Shown: piece by piece, positions 1 through 11,888 of the stretch
Layout: every line of letters starts with the position of its first letter
How positions within the stretch are numbered: position 1 is the stretch's first letter
From: Oopsacas minuta
Taxonomy: Eukaryota > Animalia > Porifera
Length of the DNA: 40,122 bases
Direction of reading: 5' to 3'
NCBI GenBank assembly: GCA_024704765.1
Contig: JAKMXF010000064.1
Coordinates: forward strand, 1-40,122
Made by a program: the position numbers and the translations under genes
Notes under the pieces: generated by a model
Database searches by the model: none
Told to the model about the DNA's origin: nothing
The model's input: only the letters and a program-made list of their open reading frames with translations

Positions 1-1098
1 GTTTCGCAAGAATTCAACTATCTGGTCAGTGTATACAATTTGACATTTACTATACTGTATACATTCATCTTGAGCAATTCTTTTTGACCGACACTGTATA
101 GTTTGCAGTTTGCAATCAGTAGTTATCCCATAATCTTAGTATATTAGGTTGTATACGTAAATATATTACTCGTTTCATAGCCATGAGAAATAATTACTTA
201 ATAGCTAAATACAATTAACACTGCTCGCACCACCCGCACCACCGTAAACAAAGACCTGGATACGCCAGCCGCCACTGGATCAGTCAAATCCCAGACATGA
301 AGGCGGATAGAAGTTTTTGCAACGTCATCAGCACCTAGTTAAAGGTTATCTCTAGTTACAGATTAGAGAGAAGTGAACATATGATGGAAGAATGTTCAAA
401 GTTAGTGTAAGATTTTACTGCGTCATCATCACCTAATTAAATATTCACAGTTGAATACCTCCCGAATAAGAACAGATAGAATCATTTTCACTGAGAGGAA
501 TATAGGAATATATTTATCCCAGTGAAAATGAAATACACATGTTCTTCAACTAATCTATATCCACCAGGCAGGTGTTCTAAGCAAACTTCACAGAACTGAG
601 CATTCTCTCAGATTGAGAACTAACCTGTGCAATCACTACACACTGATATACGGTGTGAAGGTGTCTTGTTTCGGATTCAGCTTATTTAATTATCCATATT
701 TGTCCGTTGAGCCCATGATAACATGGTGGTGATAACAAACGAAAGCTACCATCAATCGACTGCTATCAGGTATTTTCTAACTACACGGATGTATGGATAC
801 CTTTACAAAAATCACTAGGAGATTTAATCCCCCGAGATGATACCGAAAACCCTTATGGCTCATAGACTAATAAGTAAACAACAGGTTACCTTATTGTTAG
901 ATAATAATATTTGAAACCCTGACCATATTGTCAGGGTTTCATTTAGGGCAGCGGCCCTTATATAATAAAATTATTATATTTATAATACATTTTTATACAT
1001 TACATAATATTAAATGAACGTAAATAGTTATTGCAAACAAACAAAAAAATGTGTTAAATATCAGTAGATAATATAAAAAGAAAAGTAAAGAAAATCGT

Positions 1099-3610
1099 TC
1101 ACTTCGTCTCACGAGAGATAGGTGGTAGACACATTGGTTGGAAATCAGGATAGCGGATTTCTGTTAGCTCCAATGCTTGATAAGCAGAACATAACATAGG
1201 AAATCTTTCTGTCTTGTCAATGCTGACATATTGGAAGCGGGCTCTCCTTACGCTGCGGCGCTTCATACGTTCTTCTATGTCTAATTTATCGCTGGAGCTA
1301 AGTAGCATCTCACCTTTAAAGTGTAACTGTTTCTCAGAGTCTGTCAGTATTACAGGCTCCAGGTTAGGATCAGGTTGTAGAGAAAAGAACTTACTACTCT
1401 GAGTTATGAGGTTAGTAGTTCTGTGGGTAGGTAAGGGAGATTGTGGAATTCTATCAGGAAGTTCTACCGTTATAAGATCTATGTCTTCTGCTAGAGAAGG
1501 GACTCTAGAAACAGCTGGTGAACTCTGGAGGAAAGAGGCGGGAGTACTCTCTCTAGAACTAGCTCTTGAAATTATTTGTACCTATAAATAATACAAAATA
1601 ACTAATAATAATTTGTAGTGTTGCCTGCTTAACACCTCTGGATCTTCCCTCATGGCTTACTAAACTACGGATTGCTAAGCAAATAATTAGCCAAATAATT
1701 TCCAGGCCAATGAAAATATTCGATCTGATCCTGAAGAATTTCACAAATCGTCATGAATTCAATTATTAATAGCGCGCTTCGCTTGCTAGGTACAGCATAG
1801 TACCTCACGTTAGATTAAGTTATGACGTAATTGTCACATTTTTGGATTTTTGAAAAATCACATTATTAACCACTGCTCAGTCAATATACATGATAAAAGT
1901 TTGAAATTTGAATCACAGGTACCTCTCAATGTGACAAATGCCCTGACGTCATGATTCTAACCAAAAGCTACTAATCATGGGGTTTCCACGTCATCATGAC
2001 ATTGCAAAAAATGGAAATTTCAGAATTTCTTAATGCCCGAGGTGCAAAGTGCCTAGATTACTAACCAAAAGCGACATAGCATCCCGAGTGTCCCACAGAA
2101 GACCATTGAATGTAATTTAGATGGACCATGGATAAAAAATCGCGGTAGTAATAGTTAAATTCATGACGATTTATGAAAATCTTTATGATCAAATCGAATA
2201 TTGTCACTAGCCTGGAAATTATTGCGAAAATTCTTTGCTTAGCAAGCCGTAGTATATATAGTAAGCAATGTCTCCCTAACTTCCTGACGGTACACCATAA
2301 GTTCCCGCCTCCAGGGAGCCGAGAGTAGATCTCTCTTCCTCTTTCTACCAACCACACATGTTTATAAATGAGAAACATATTACTATATCGTTCATGTTAT
2401 ATTGTCGTTGATGTAGTTGAAGTAAGATAATATATTATTTATCAAACCACTCGTGTATCATGTACCACTCACCTTAGTTTTCTTTGAGCCCCAGGGAGTC
2501 TTAGGATGCTGATAACTAGATGGATTCTTTAGGTCCCAGAACTGAGTACCAAAATTTCCTACATAATCTCCCTCTAAAGTCCACAATCTGACATTTCTAT
2601 CAACAGAAGCAGAGAGAACGAAAGACATGTCTCCCTCACCAGGAATATATTCTACGCTAACAATTGAAGAATCGTGAGCTTTCCATAAAACAATACAATC
2701 CATGCCTTGAATTTGTTGAGAACTGGCAGAAACTTTTACAGTATTAGAAGTATTGAGTGAGAATATTCTAATTTCCCCCCTTGTGTCTCCACTAATCAAA
2801 ATTGTGTTAAGAGGGTCAGTAGCCAGTCCAAGTACCGTTTCGTTAGGGTATCGTGTTAAACGGATGGTCTGACGAGGTCTGGTAAAATGGAAAATATCCC
2901 AAAACACAGCATAGCCTCCTTCAGAAGAAATGAGATGTGGAAAATCCTTGACACGTTGGGAGAGACGTTCTTTAAGGAAGAGAAGGAAGTCAACAGGTAC
3001 ATGCTCTTCCTGTGGTACTGACTTGTTGTGTAGCCTAAAATATTAGCATATATTTATTAGTAATAACCAGCTGGATAGTATAAATATGTCTATAGAAGTG
3101 CTACATACTGTACACCTTATTAACTCAGTTGTAAGATAAATTCACATCCCTCAAATATATGTAGGAAAATTGCCTATTCCCAGTAATCCCAATGCATACA
3201 GCTTGATAAACTGTCTATAATTTAAGTCGATTTTATCCTATGCTAAAACGTTGAAAAGAAATTAAGCTAGCACTGAAGGTTCGAGTTGTGAGAAGAATAA
3301 TGAAACAAGCTCACCTATTGGGTGATATTCTGCCTCTCTCCCTGGAGCTGAGTTTATGACTAGAAGGACGTTGTAAAATATCCATCAGCGAGTCTCCTTG
3401 ACGACTAGGAGCTCTCTTAAAGGGAACATCAACTCGTATTTTAACCCCGCTCTTAGTTCTGTTCAGTTCTTTCTCGGTCTCAGTGTTCCACAGGATGAGC
3501 ATTCCATCATACGAACCAGTTACTAGGTAAGGAAATGATATGTCAGCACATAGTATGTCTTCAATGTGTTGCTTGCTGTCTTGCCATACATGCGGATGTT
3601 CTATGTCAAC
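1099..3610 (-). CDS. WDR49: WD40-repeat protein, WDR49/CFAP337-like, 3' exons only: complement join(1099..1581,2473..3034,3315..3610)
   Basis: Exons splice in frame at canonical sites (ctgtag|GTT, AATAG|gtgagc, ttttag|G, AAG|gtgagt, tttatag|GTA). Translation W..HIEDILCADISFPYLVTGSYDGMLILWN and LATDPLNTILISGDTRGEIRIF..AHDSSIVSVE..SASVDRNVRLWT resembles the WDR49 C-terminal WD repeats. 5' exons not found. Confidence 0.75.
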
Positions 3611-4100
3611 CTACAGTAATAATATAACTAAAGTGGATATAGCAGATAAATTTGGGCATTTCCAGCATTCGATTTGATGCCATCCATCTACTACTACTAT
3701 AGAAGTGTTGCAAATAAGGCTCATAGAATTTCTTGGAGTATTCCAAACATTTCCTGACGAAATCTAAATCCATGGACTTTTACATCTATACTATGTACAA
3801 CTACAAATTCAACTACACGTAGATACACTACTAACAATGTAGCATTCCTCGCAGCTTTTCAGTTTAGATCAGGATCGGTTGGTAATGACGCGATCATATC
3901 GAATAATGCCCAAATATTGACTGGTTATATGAACCTTGTATCTTCACGATAACGTAAAAACATTTAATAGATTGTAATGAATATAATGAAATAAAAATAA
4001 ATAATTAAAATATATATACTTTCCTAGATATCCTAGTGATAAATAATACCTACGATACTATGAGTAATATAGCTGTAATCTTATAATTTCTCTAATTAAC

Positions 4101-5993
4101 TCATCTCTTAAGAATAAAATTTCTGAGTTGAGTCTCAAATTCCAAACAAGTTTTGGCGTCCTTCATTAAAATAATGTCTTCCATAGACACATATGTAGCA
4201 GCTTGCAGAGAAGAATGTTTATTATTTAATTTTGATATGCTAGAGATTGCATTACTAACTGAGGCTGTTGGAGAACTGGAAATTGGAAATATTCTAGCAT
4301 TCCACAGACTTACAAATTCTTGGTTATTGAATATCTTGTATCCTTCCTTCTTATACATGCAATTAATCGTCTCTAAATTACTATTAACATAGCTTATTGA
4401 TTGTATATTACTAAGATGGGTATTCTTTTTCAGATTGTCCTGAATACCGAAAACAGGTGTGACGTATCCGATTTCACCTTCTTTCCTCGTTGCAACAGTA
4501 AACATATAAATATTGTCTTGTATATTTGTTTCAGGGGGTATATGGCAATGACTGATAAAACAGTTATCTCCAATAAAAACATTAGACTCAACTAGACAAT
4601 ATTCTAGAATACTTCCTCGGGCTATACTCAGTGTAGCTGGATCTTTCAGAAAACTTGCCATAACACGGACATTGTCTTGGTAGAGAGAAGCACAGTCGTT
4701 TGACTTTCCCACAAATATTTCCTTAGATTTTGAGAGCAATCTTCCGCTTAAGTCTGTTGCATATCCAATATACTCCTTACTGGTACCAAAATGCAGATAA
4801 TTCCCTGTATTGAACACCAATGCGTGTAGAGATAAATGTTTGCAAATGATATACACATCTTTCCGAGTCTGCACAAGGGCTGGTGTGGCGTGCACAACAT
4901 TCCTCGTATCATAGATATAGTCGTCGTTTGGTGCTGCAGCTGCCTTAAGAAAATCCCCATAAGCGTCAATCTCACACTTAATAGGCTGGTTAGCATCGTA
5001 GAATGATAGAATCTTCTCAGCAGCATTCCACGACATGAAGTAGTTGCTATCTTGATAAACAAACTCATTTCCTAACCCATCTTCGTAAACCACACCCTTG
5101 CTACGTAGATCTTGAGCTAAATACTTGTGGAGGAATTGATTACATTTTCTCAAGTATACCTGTGATCCTCCTTGATAATGCTCTTTCCAGACTTCTTGCA
5201 TTCCTTCAAAGTCCAGCACCCCATGACCCACCCCTTCTTCAAGGGTCACAACATTTCCGAGAGAGACAAGTCCATCGCAATCCAGTTTCCAAGTTGAGTC
5301 ATCAGAAAACATAAAGAGAGCATCAGAAGCACACAACATGACACCGCTACTCATTCTCATAGGAAAATATAGGAAAGAAATTAACAATCCCTCCAACACC
5401 TGATAAAACTCACTACCATTCCCAATAGGTAAGGAAATTGAAAGTTTACCAATGGCAGTTAAGCTTGGCAGACGCTGACTATAACCACCTGCGTGAATTA
5501 GCATCACCCGTTTCTTGCTGACCTCTTTCCATCCAAATTCGTTGCGGAGGTGGTCAAGTACCCACATGGTAGCTCCTCCACTCCCAATCTTGACTCCAAC
5601 AGGATCTGGATACACCCTGTAAGTACAGAAGGATGGAATTAATTTGTTCTTCATTTTCTGCTCTATCTGTAGCTGGTAAGCATTGCGCTGTGACGTGTCA
5701 CTAGCTGTAATTACAATAATATCCCAAAACGGAATGCTGGGATCTGGACTACTCCTTCTTTTCAACTTATCATATTTCAGTCGATTGCTTTCAAATGTGT
5801 TTTTACATCTTTCAAAACTGTCAAGAGCCTTCAGAGAGGGGTTTCTTACTCTTTTGTATAAGTGTATGAGAAGAAGAAAGAATGAAATAGAAATGATGAG
5901 TAGATACATAAGGAAGTAACTATGAGTGCATGGTTGAAAGAAATAGTAAATTAAATTTAAGGTTACACTAATAATAAATTTACACATGTCCAC
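4101..5993 (-). CDS. FPGT: Fucose-1-phosphate guanylyltransferase (GDP-L-fucose pyrophosphorylase); true start probably downstream of the ORF start (near 5870) or on a spliced exon
   Basis: FWDIIVITASD..AYQLQI..YPDPVGVKIGSGGAT, MLIHAGGYSQRLP, CEIDAYGDFL, HFGTSKEY and SLWNARIFP match the FPGT family. The first ~45 codons look like intron/UTR (polypyrimidine-rich). Confidence 0.9.
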   Translation of the reverse strand: MDMCKFIISVTLNLIYYFFQPCTHSYFLMYLLIISISFFLLLIHLYKRVRNPSLKALDSFERCKNTFESNRLKYDKLKRRSSPDPSIPFWDIIVITASDTSQRNAYQLQIEQKMKNKLIPSFCTYRVYPDPVGVKIGSGGATMWVLDHLRNEFGWKEVSKKRVMLIHAGGYSQRLPSLTAIGKLSISLPIGNGSEFYQVLEGLLISFLYFPMRMSSGVMLCASDALFMFSDDSTWKLDCDGLVSLGNVVTLEEGVGHGVLDFEGMQEVWKEHYQGGSQVYLRKCNQFLHKYLAQDLRSKGVVYEDGLGNEFVYQDSNYFMSWNAAEKILSFYDANQPIKCEIDAYGDFLKAAAAPNDDYIYDTRNVVHATPALVQTRKDVYIICKHLSLHALVFNTGNYLHFGTSKEYIGYATDLSGRLLSKSKEIFVGKSNDCASLYQDNVRVMASFLKDPATLSIARGSILEYCLVESNVFIGDNCFISHCHIPPETNIQDNIYMFTVATRKEGEIGYVTPVFGIQDNLKKNTHLSNIQSISYVNSNLETINCMYKKEGYKIFNNQEFVSLWNARIFPISSSPTASVSNAISSISKLNNKHSSLQAATYVSMEDIILMKDAKTCLEFETQLRNFILKR

Positions 5994-6331
5994 TAATTCA
6001 TAGATAAATCCTGTAGTCGTTATTCACCTCGAATTCTGTAATTGTCCGATTTTGGAAACCTCCATAGCCCACTGGAATTAATATTATAAGAGCGTGCTTG
6101 GCTTGCTAGCGCTGTGCGGCTTGCGAACTCTTTATGCCCGCATGGAACTTCGAAAATTATGAAAAAATTAGTAACAAATAAATTTACATATGAGAACCTT
6201 GAAAACACAAAATTGGATTCAGCATGCAGTGGACCCTTGCTAATCCGAACAGTAGAAAATAAAGAATTTTTGGTTTAAAAATCATAATTTTCAATCGGAA
6301 TTTGAAATTTTAATATGTACAAAGCACATAA

Positions 6332-6376
<45 letters not shown>
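6332..6376. repeat. (TAG)15 microsatellite inside the MITE
   Basis: Read directly from the sequence. Confidence 0.95.
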
Positions 6377-6378
<2 letters not shown>

Positions 6379-6409
6379 ATAGTAATAGTAGTGGTGGTGC
6401 TATAGTAGT

Positions 6410-6620
6410 AATGTTTCATTCGGATTAGCGAGGTTTCTATTATACCTTATAGTACCATAATCTGATTCGTAATACATATTACTTATATTTATTCCTATAA
6501 TTTGACTTGCATAATGTTTCTTTCGGATTAGCGAGGTTTCTATTATATCTTACAGTACCATAATCTGATTCGTAATACATATCACTTGTATTTATTCTAT
6601 AATTTTGAGCTGCACAATGT
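6410..6620 (+). repeat. About 103-bp tandem duplication inside the MITE; each unit carries the TIR-derived motif TTCGGATTAGCGAGG
   Basis: Unit aatgtttc.ttcggattagcgaggtttctattata..agtaccataatctgattcgtaatacatat.actt.tatttatt occurs twice in tandem. Confidence 0.85.
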
Positions 6621-8114
6621 TTATAATTCCCCATATAAATGTATTACTTCACTAATCCGAACAAATTCGCTAATCGGAACAGATATTCCATGAATTGGAA
6701 TACCTCTGTTCGGATTAGCGAGGGTCTACTGTATTAAGTTACAGTACTAACTATCACTTGAGAGTAAGTCTCCACGCATATTTTGAGATTTCAAATATTT
6801 GTTTAGTTTATATTCAGAAAAACACAATAAGTCAAGCTGCATGCATTCGTCAGAATTTTGTGGCATGCGTTTGTCCAGATTTTGACCAACAAATAATAGG
6901 TAGTCAAACATCCAGACAACATCCACGACCAATGGTTTACCGATTACAACCCAAGTGTCCCAAATCGAGATTTCAGCACCTTTTGACGTAAAAAATGACA
7001 TATTTTCCCTGCAGTATTCGGTCAATAGAGAAAGCAAAGACGAAGTCTGCTATGTTTTTCCAAAGATATTTAAAATTTTACATTCATTGTGTTAGAATTA
7101 TATTAGAATTTTATTGTTGATATTTGTCTCTGAAAATGTGCTCATGAATTTTCAAAAACTGAACAGTACCTCCGGTATTTCTCCCAGTTTTTGACACTAG
7201 GATACGGTGTGTATTTAATTTGAATTTAAATAATCAAATTTTGGCACCCAACTATGATTTTTAGGAAAGAAATTGCTTTCCACTACATTTACAATAGTGA
7301 GCAAAATACACATAATCATCAATTGAAACATTTGCCTAACAAAAGAGTACTGCAAAGATTCTGACAAATGTAGATTGCAATTTAATAATAAAAGTTTAGT
7401 ATTCGCCTAGATAATACGTATTACATTTTACACAAATGTAGTTATAGCATCGATAATAAGATAGCATCTCACTACGTAGTTCTAACAATATATTTGGATC
7501 TTCAATGGATTTTTACTTAAAAGTTAATAACAAGTTCGAATTAGGCGAACAATTTTAACGAATCCCGGACGTTACCCTAAAAATATGTGGAATTGACACG
7601 AATACTTTCATCACACAAAATTACAATTACTTCACAAAATGTAGTTGTTACTATTACAATTACACTAGACCTGGTTGGTGGTTACAGCGCTTCACATATC
7701 CCAACTAGGAATTGGGCTCCCAGATAGAACTTGAGATGGGTCACATGAGAAAAAGGTTGAAAACTTCCTGATGTATATAAATTTGTTCAATTAATAATAA
7801 ATAGAACTAGCGCGCTTCGCTTGCACGCGCTACGCGGTTGCGAACACTTCGTCTCTGCAACCTAAAAGTAAACAAATATTCACAATATGTTGTTTACAAT
7901 ATCATATTCGTAATCAGCATACTCGATTACCCCAGTACAGTGTTGTTTTGTTGTTGTTATGTTGTGTAATAATTGGTTCTGGACTTTATGAACTGAACTT
8001 ATATGTTTTCTATATGGGAGCGTGACACACATTGAAAATTAATAATATAGATATAGGAACTATAAATACGATAATATATATTTATAATACAGCAGTTGTG
8101 CGTATATTAATGGA

Positions 8115-9782
8115 TTAGTAAGGACATGATTCTTGTGTTGTGTTGAAAGTAGTGGAGTTGTAGGATTGTACAATTGTAAAGTTTGTGTTAGAGCTAGTTT
8201 CTAAGATAGAGAAACATAAACCTATCACAAATGAACCAACTAATGCTGTGACAATCAATAGCTTAATCATATCTCTGTATAACGGTATATTAGCTTTACG
8301 TGTCTTGTTATACAAACTTGTGTAGTTGGTTAATAGAGGAGTAGAGTTTGTTTGTTTATTGACTTTTGCTAGCCCAGCGTTTTCTTGAGCTCTGTCTGCT
8401 ACTTTCCTCCAATCTGTAAATATTATGAGCAGAAAAAATGCTAGCGCCTGCAGAAAGATAGCACAGGACATTCCGATCCAAAATCCCTTTGTAGCAAGAT
8501 TGAACACAACACACAAGTAACAGGCTAGAGGGGCACCGATTAGAAGGAAGATAATAAAGTTAACTATAGATGAAATTTTCTGACGGCCACACCCATTCAA
8601 TATACCACTCCCCATCTTCCGTACCCCGTCAAAGTTCTCGTAAATAGCAGTAATAATGAGAGAACTAGTAGCTCCAGCGATAATACAATCATCTTTAGTG
8701 AATATACGAGGTAACCAAGGTCTGAGTACAAATACTCCGATACAGAAAAACACCCCAAAGACAAACGTAGTTATTAAACACAAAAATGAAACCTTTTTAG
8801 CTAAACTGGGATTATTCGCTCCCAGGAGATTGCCTACACGAACTGTACCAGCTAGAGAATAGCCAATCGGAAGGGTGAATAATTGAACTCCTAAATTGAG
8901 CATAATTGTGAATATACCAACTTCAACTCTTGGATTAAGACTAGTTGCTCCAACAATCAAGAATCCTATCTCAAACATCCACCACTCGAGGCATAACGTA
9001 ATCAATCCAGGTATTCCGTATTTACAATAATGGACCCAACCTCTTAACACGTCAAGATTCCATCCCGGCCAAGAAGTTTGATAGAGGGTAGAACAACGAA
9101 TGTAAGTTATGTAGCTAATAGCAAGAGACCAATAGGCTATTGTAATAGATAGTGCAGATCCTTCTACACCAAATCCAAATAAGTACACGAATAGATAATG
9201 ACAGATTATATTCACTACATTGCCTAATGCTGTCAGGAATATTATCGGGAATACAACATTCTGTGTTTGCATGAATCTTGAAGAAAGTAAAAATATAATT
9301 ACTGCTGGCTTAGCAAAGCATAGAATTCTCAAATAATCGCCAGTGACTTTAGCTACTCCAACATCTTGATGCAATAGAATAAGAATTGATTCTGCATTCA
9401 ACCACATAGCCCAAATAGGAAAACAAAACAACAAACATAGAATCATTGCTCGCTGATAGTACACACCTACAAGTTTGTAATTCTTAGCGCCATTAGCTTG
9501 AGAACAGAGGGTCTCCATACCTGAAGCCATGCCAATAATGATTGATGTACCGGCGATGTTAGCAAATGAAAGGGCAAGTGCTGCTCCATCCAGGTACACC
9601 CCAGATCCTATGTGACCGGTGAAGATGAGACTAACTATAGCAAGCATTTTGGACAGGAAAGCATTACAAACACAAGGCCATGCTAGTGTGTTTAAGATAA
9701 TTAATTCTTGTACTAACCAATAGGAACGTAACTTGTTATGCCATTTTGTATTCTTAGTACTGTTTCTTTCCAAGCCTTCCAT
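8115..9782 (-). CDS. Multidrug and toxin extrusion (MATE/SLC47-like) transporter, intronless, copy 1
   Basis: 555-aa ORF with GMASGMETLCSQANGA, YGIPGLITLCLEWWMFE, TVRVGNLLGANNP, GILNGCGRQK and a 13th C-terminal TM as in animal SLC47. Confidence 0.95.
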   Translation of the reverse strand: MEGLERNSTKNTKWHNKLRSYWLVQELIILNTLAWPCVCNAFLSKMLAIVSLIFTGHIGSGVYLDGAALALSFANIAGTSIIIGMASGMETLCSQANGAKNYKLVGVYYQRAMILCLLFCFPIWAMWLNAESILILLHQDVGVAKVTGDYLRILCFAKPAVIIFLLSSRFMQTQNVVFPIIFLTALGNVVNIICHYLFVYLFGFGVEGSALSITIAYWSLAISYITYIRCSTLYQTSWPGWNLDVLRGWVHYCKYGIPGLITLCLEWWMFEIGFLIVGATSLNPRVEVGIFTIMLNLGVQLFTLPIGYSLAGTVRVGNLLGANNPSLAKKVSFLCLITTFVFGVFFCIGVFVLRPWLPRIFTKDDCIIAGATSSLIITAIYENFDGVRKMGSGILNGCGRQKISSIVNFIIFLLIGAPLACYLCVVFNLATKGFWIGMSCAIFLQALAFFLLIIFTDWRKVADRAQENAGLAKVNKQTNSTPLLTNYTSLYNKTRKANIPLYRDMIKLLIVTALVGSFVIGLCFSILETSSNTNFTIVQSYNSTTFNTTQESCPY

Positions 9783-11379
9783 TTTAACACAATTGTTATG
9801 ATCGAATAGTTTATTTTAAGATAGATATGGATATATTTATGATTATTACTCATTGTGAAGCCTTGATAAATAACCTCAACAAATATACATTTGACCTAAC
9901 TCGAGGACCAATACTGAATAGTCGAAGCACACAAGATCCTCTGCCGTGAGAAATGCATTGAAATTATATTCTGATTGCAAAATGTATATGAATATGTGGT
10001 ATGCTCTCTCTCCCTGAAAAATAGATCTATTCTGTTATTAGAAACAACACAGCGAGCGCACTATACAACCATTGGACAAATTAGAATTTGGGAAGGATTT
10101 ACATTATGTCAACCAACATTTCACAGTATATACATTGATTGTTAATACAAGGAGGGGTTAATCTGTATCAAATAAGTCTGCATTAATGAGTACTCGAATT
10201 ATAGAACATAGCTTATAATATCTATTACATAATATTATGCTGTGATGGAGACTATTATACATATGTATATATAATTATATATGTGAAGGTACATTCAATC
10301 ATGCTGTCCATAGGAACCGAAATAGGGGGTTCAGGTACCTCTCTGATTTTTCCAGGGGGAGTTTCACCCAACTTGGCAGAATAAACAGTCGGGGAGGGTA
10401 TACCTCCCACTGGTCAGGGAAATTATGCCCCTCCTGTTTAGTAACGTAGCATTAAGGCTTTTGATACCGTATTTATAATACTAATTGTTTTCAAATTTTT
10501 TGTTTCGAATACAATACACAATTACAACTTGTAGTAGATGATGAATGTGGGAGGGTCAAGGAGGATTTAGCCCCTTGTTTGGCAGTCATATTTCTGTTTC
10601 TATCATGACGGTATCACCTCCCATTTAAAGAAGTGTATATGTCCAAGTACCAGTTATGAAGGATAATACACCTAATGCCCAATTGATACAAATTTACACT
10701 TAGGACTAGTTATAAATTAGTATCAATTGTGCCTTAGGTATTTATGGATAATATGTTTCATCATGAAACCATTTGATCTTCAGAATTTGTTACGTACTGA
10801 TACACATTACTAAGTAGTAACAATCATAGAAGCCGAAATTCTCCAAGGCCAGTTAGGGGTAGAGTCCGCTAGATAATTCAATTACACCCTTTCAAAACAA
10901 TGCTGGTTTGAAGTAGTCCGACTGAACCCGACCAATCAGATAAATTGTAGGTTTTGCAGATACGTACCAATCAAAAGTTGTCTGGTCGAAACCAGACTAA
11001 CTGAATCAGTGCTACGATCCTGCAACATTAGTGATCCAGGGCCGTAGCCACTGGTCAGGTTATGGTCGGGTTTCATCTAATAGTTAATTCACGGTATTTA
11101 ACGAGTCCCGAGCATAGTAATGTAGTAAGCTCCTAGTTAACAAGCATTTTCTTGTATTTCTTTGCGACATACGTATGATCATATTCCGACCTGCTATTGA
11201 CCTCACGGGTCTCTCAGAAAATCATATTGATCGAAAAAACGAGGTCCTTGAGATTTTTCATGATTCTTGTGTAGAATTTTGCGTAGAATCCGATTCTGTT
11301 GTCAAAAAAATATTTCCCACACAAATTTTTNCTTGTTGAGAAAATGCAAAATTTGTCAAGAATTTACATTCAAATAATC

Positions 11380-11888
11380 AGCACTATGTGGTTATTGTAG
11401 ATCCTGGTATAGCTATAGATAAAAACTATACTCCATACACAGAGGGATTACAAAAAGATGTTTTCATAAATAATCATAATGGAGAAGTTTTCACGGGAAA
11501 GGTTTGGCCTGGTTTTACAACTTATCCAGATTTCCTCAATACAGGTACAATCAGCTGGTGGGGAGAACAAATGAAGAAATTCTTAGGAATGGTAGCAATT
11601 AATGGGATTTGGATAGACATGAATGATGCTTCAAATTTTGTGGTGGAGAGTGCAAATCAGAAAAAGATGAGGTCAAACTGTCTTTTGATCTCAATCCTGA
11701 TGGTGAAATGTTATAAATTGATCCAAATAATCCCCCGTATGAAATTAACAACCAAAATTGGAAATATCCTCTCAATCAAAAGACACTAGATATGGATGTA
11801 TATCATCATGTAGATAACACCAACATTCTTGTATACAACACACACAATTTATACGGTTTAACAGAATGCATTTCAACCCGAAAAGCAG
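11380..11888 (+). pseudogene. Glycoside hydrolase family 31 (alpha-glucosidase/GAA/SI-like) internal fragment
   Basis: HYVVIVDPGI..GKVWPG..YPDF..WW..GIWIDMND(A)SNF. After a frameshift near 11643 and a TAA near 11711: NNPPY..LNQKTLDMD..YNTHNLYGLTECISTRKA. Ends abruptly where the integrase element begins. Confidence 0.85.

Larger units (their letters stand above)
6227..6731. mobile_element. Non-autonomous Tc1/mariner (pogo/Tigger-like) element, 505 bp
   Basis: 26-bp TIRs CAGTGGACCCTTGCTAATCCGAACAG and (revcomp) CAGTAGACCCTCGCTAATCCGAACAG, 2 mismatches. Flanked by TG (left) and TA (right), consistent with a TA TSD carrying one mutation. No ORF. Confidence 0.75.

Noticed and set aside
912-941. 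Perfect 12-bp hairpin TGAAACCCTGAC-catatt-GTCAGGGTTTCA
   Set aside because: Most simply the abutting ends of hAT-like MITEs (CAGGGTTTC termini). This is eukaryotic DNA, so it is not called a terminator.
4153-5919. Small ORFs overlapping FPGT (4153, 4401, 4748, 5683)
   Set aside because: Antisense or alternate-frame shadows with no recognisable motifs. The same applies to shadow ORFs over the MATE and TDRD5 genes.
6410-6620. CRISPR-like repeat-spacer pattern
   Set aside because: Only two whole-unit tandem copies inside a MITE, with no unique spacers, in eukaryotic context.
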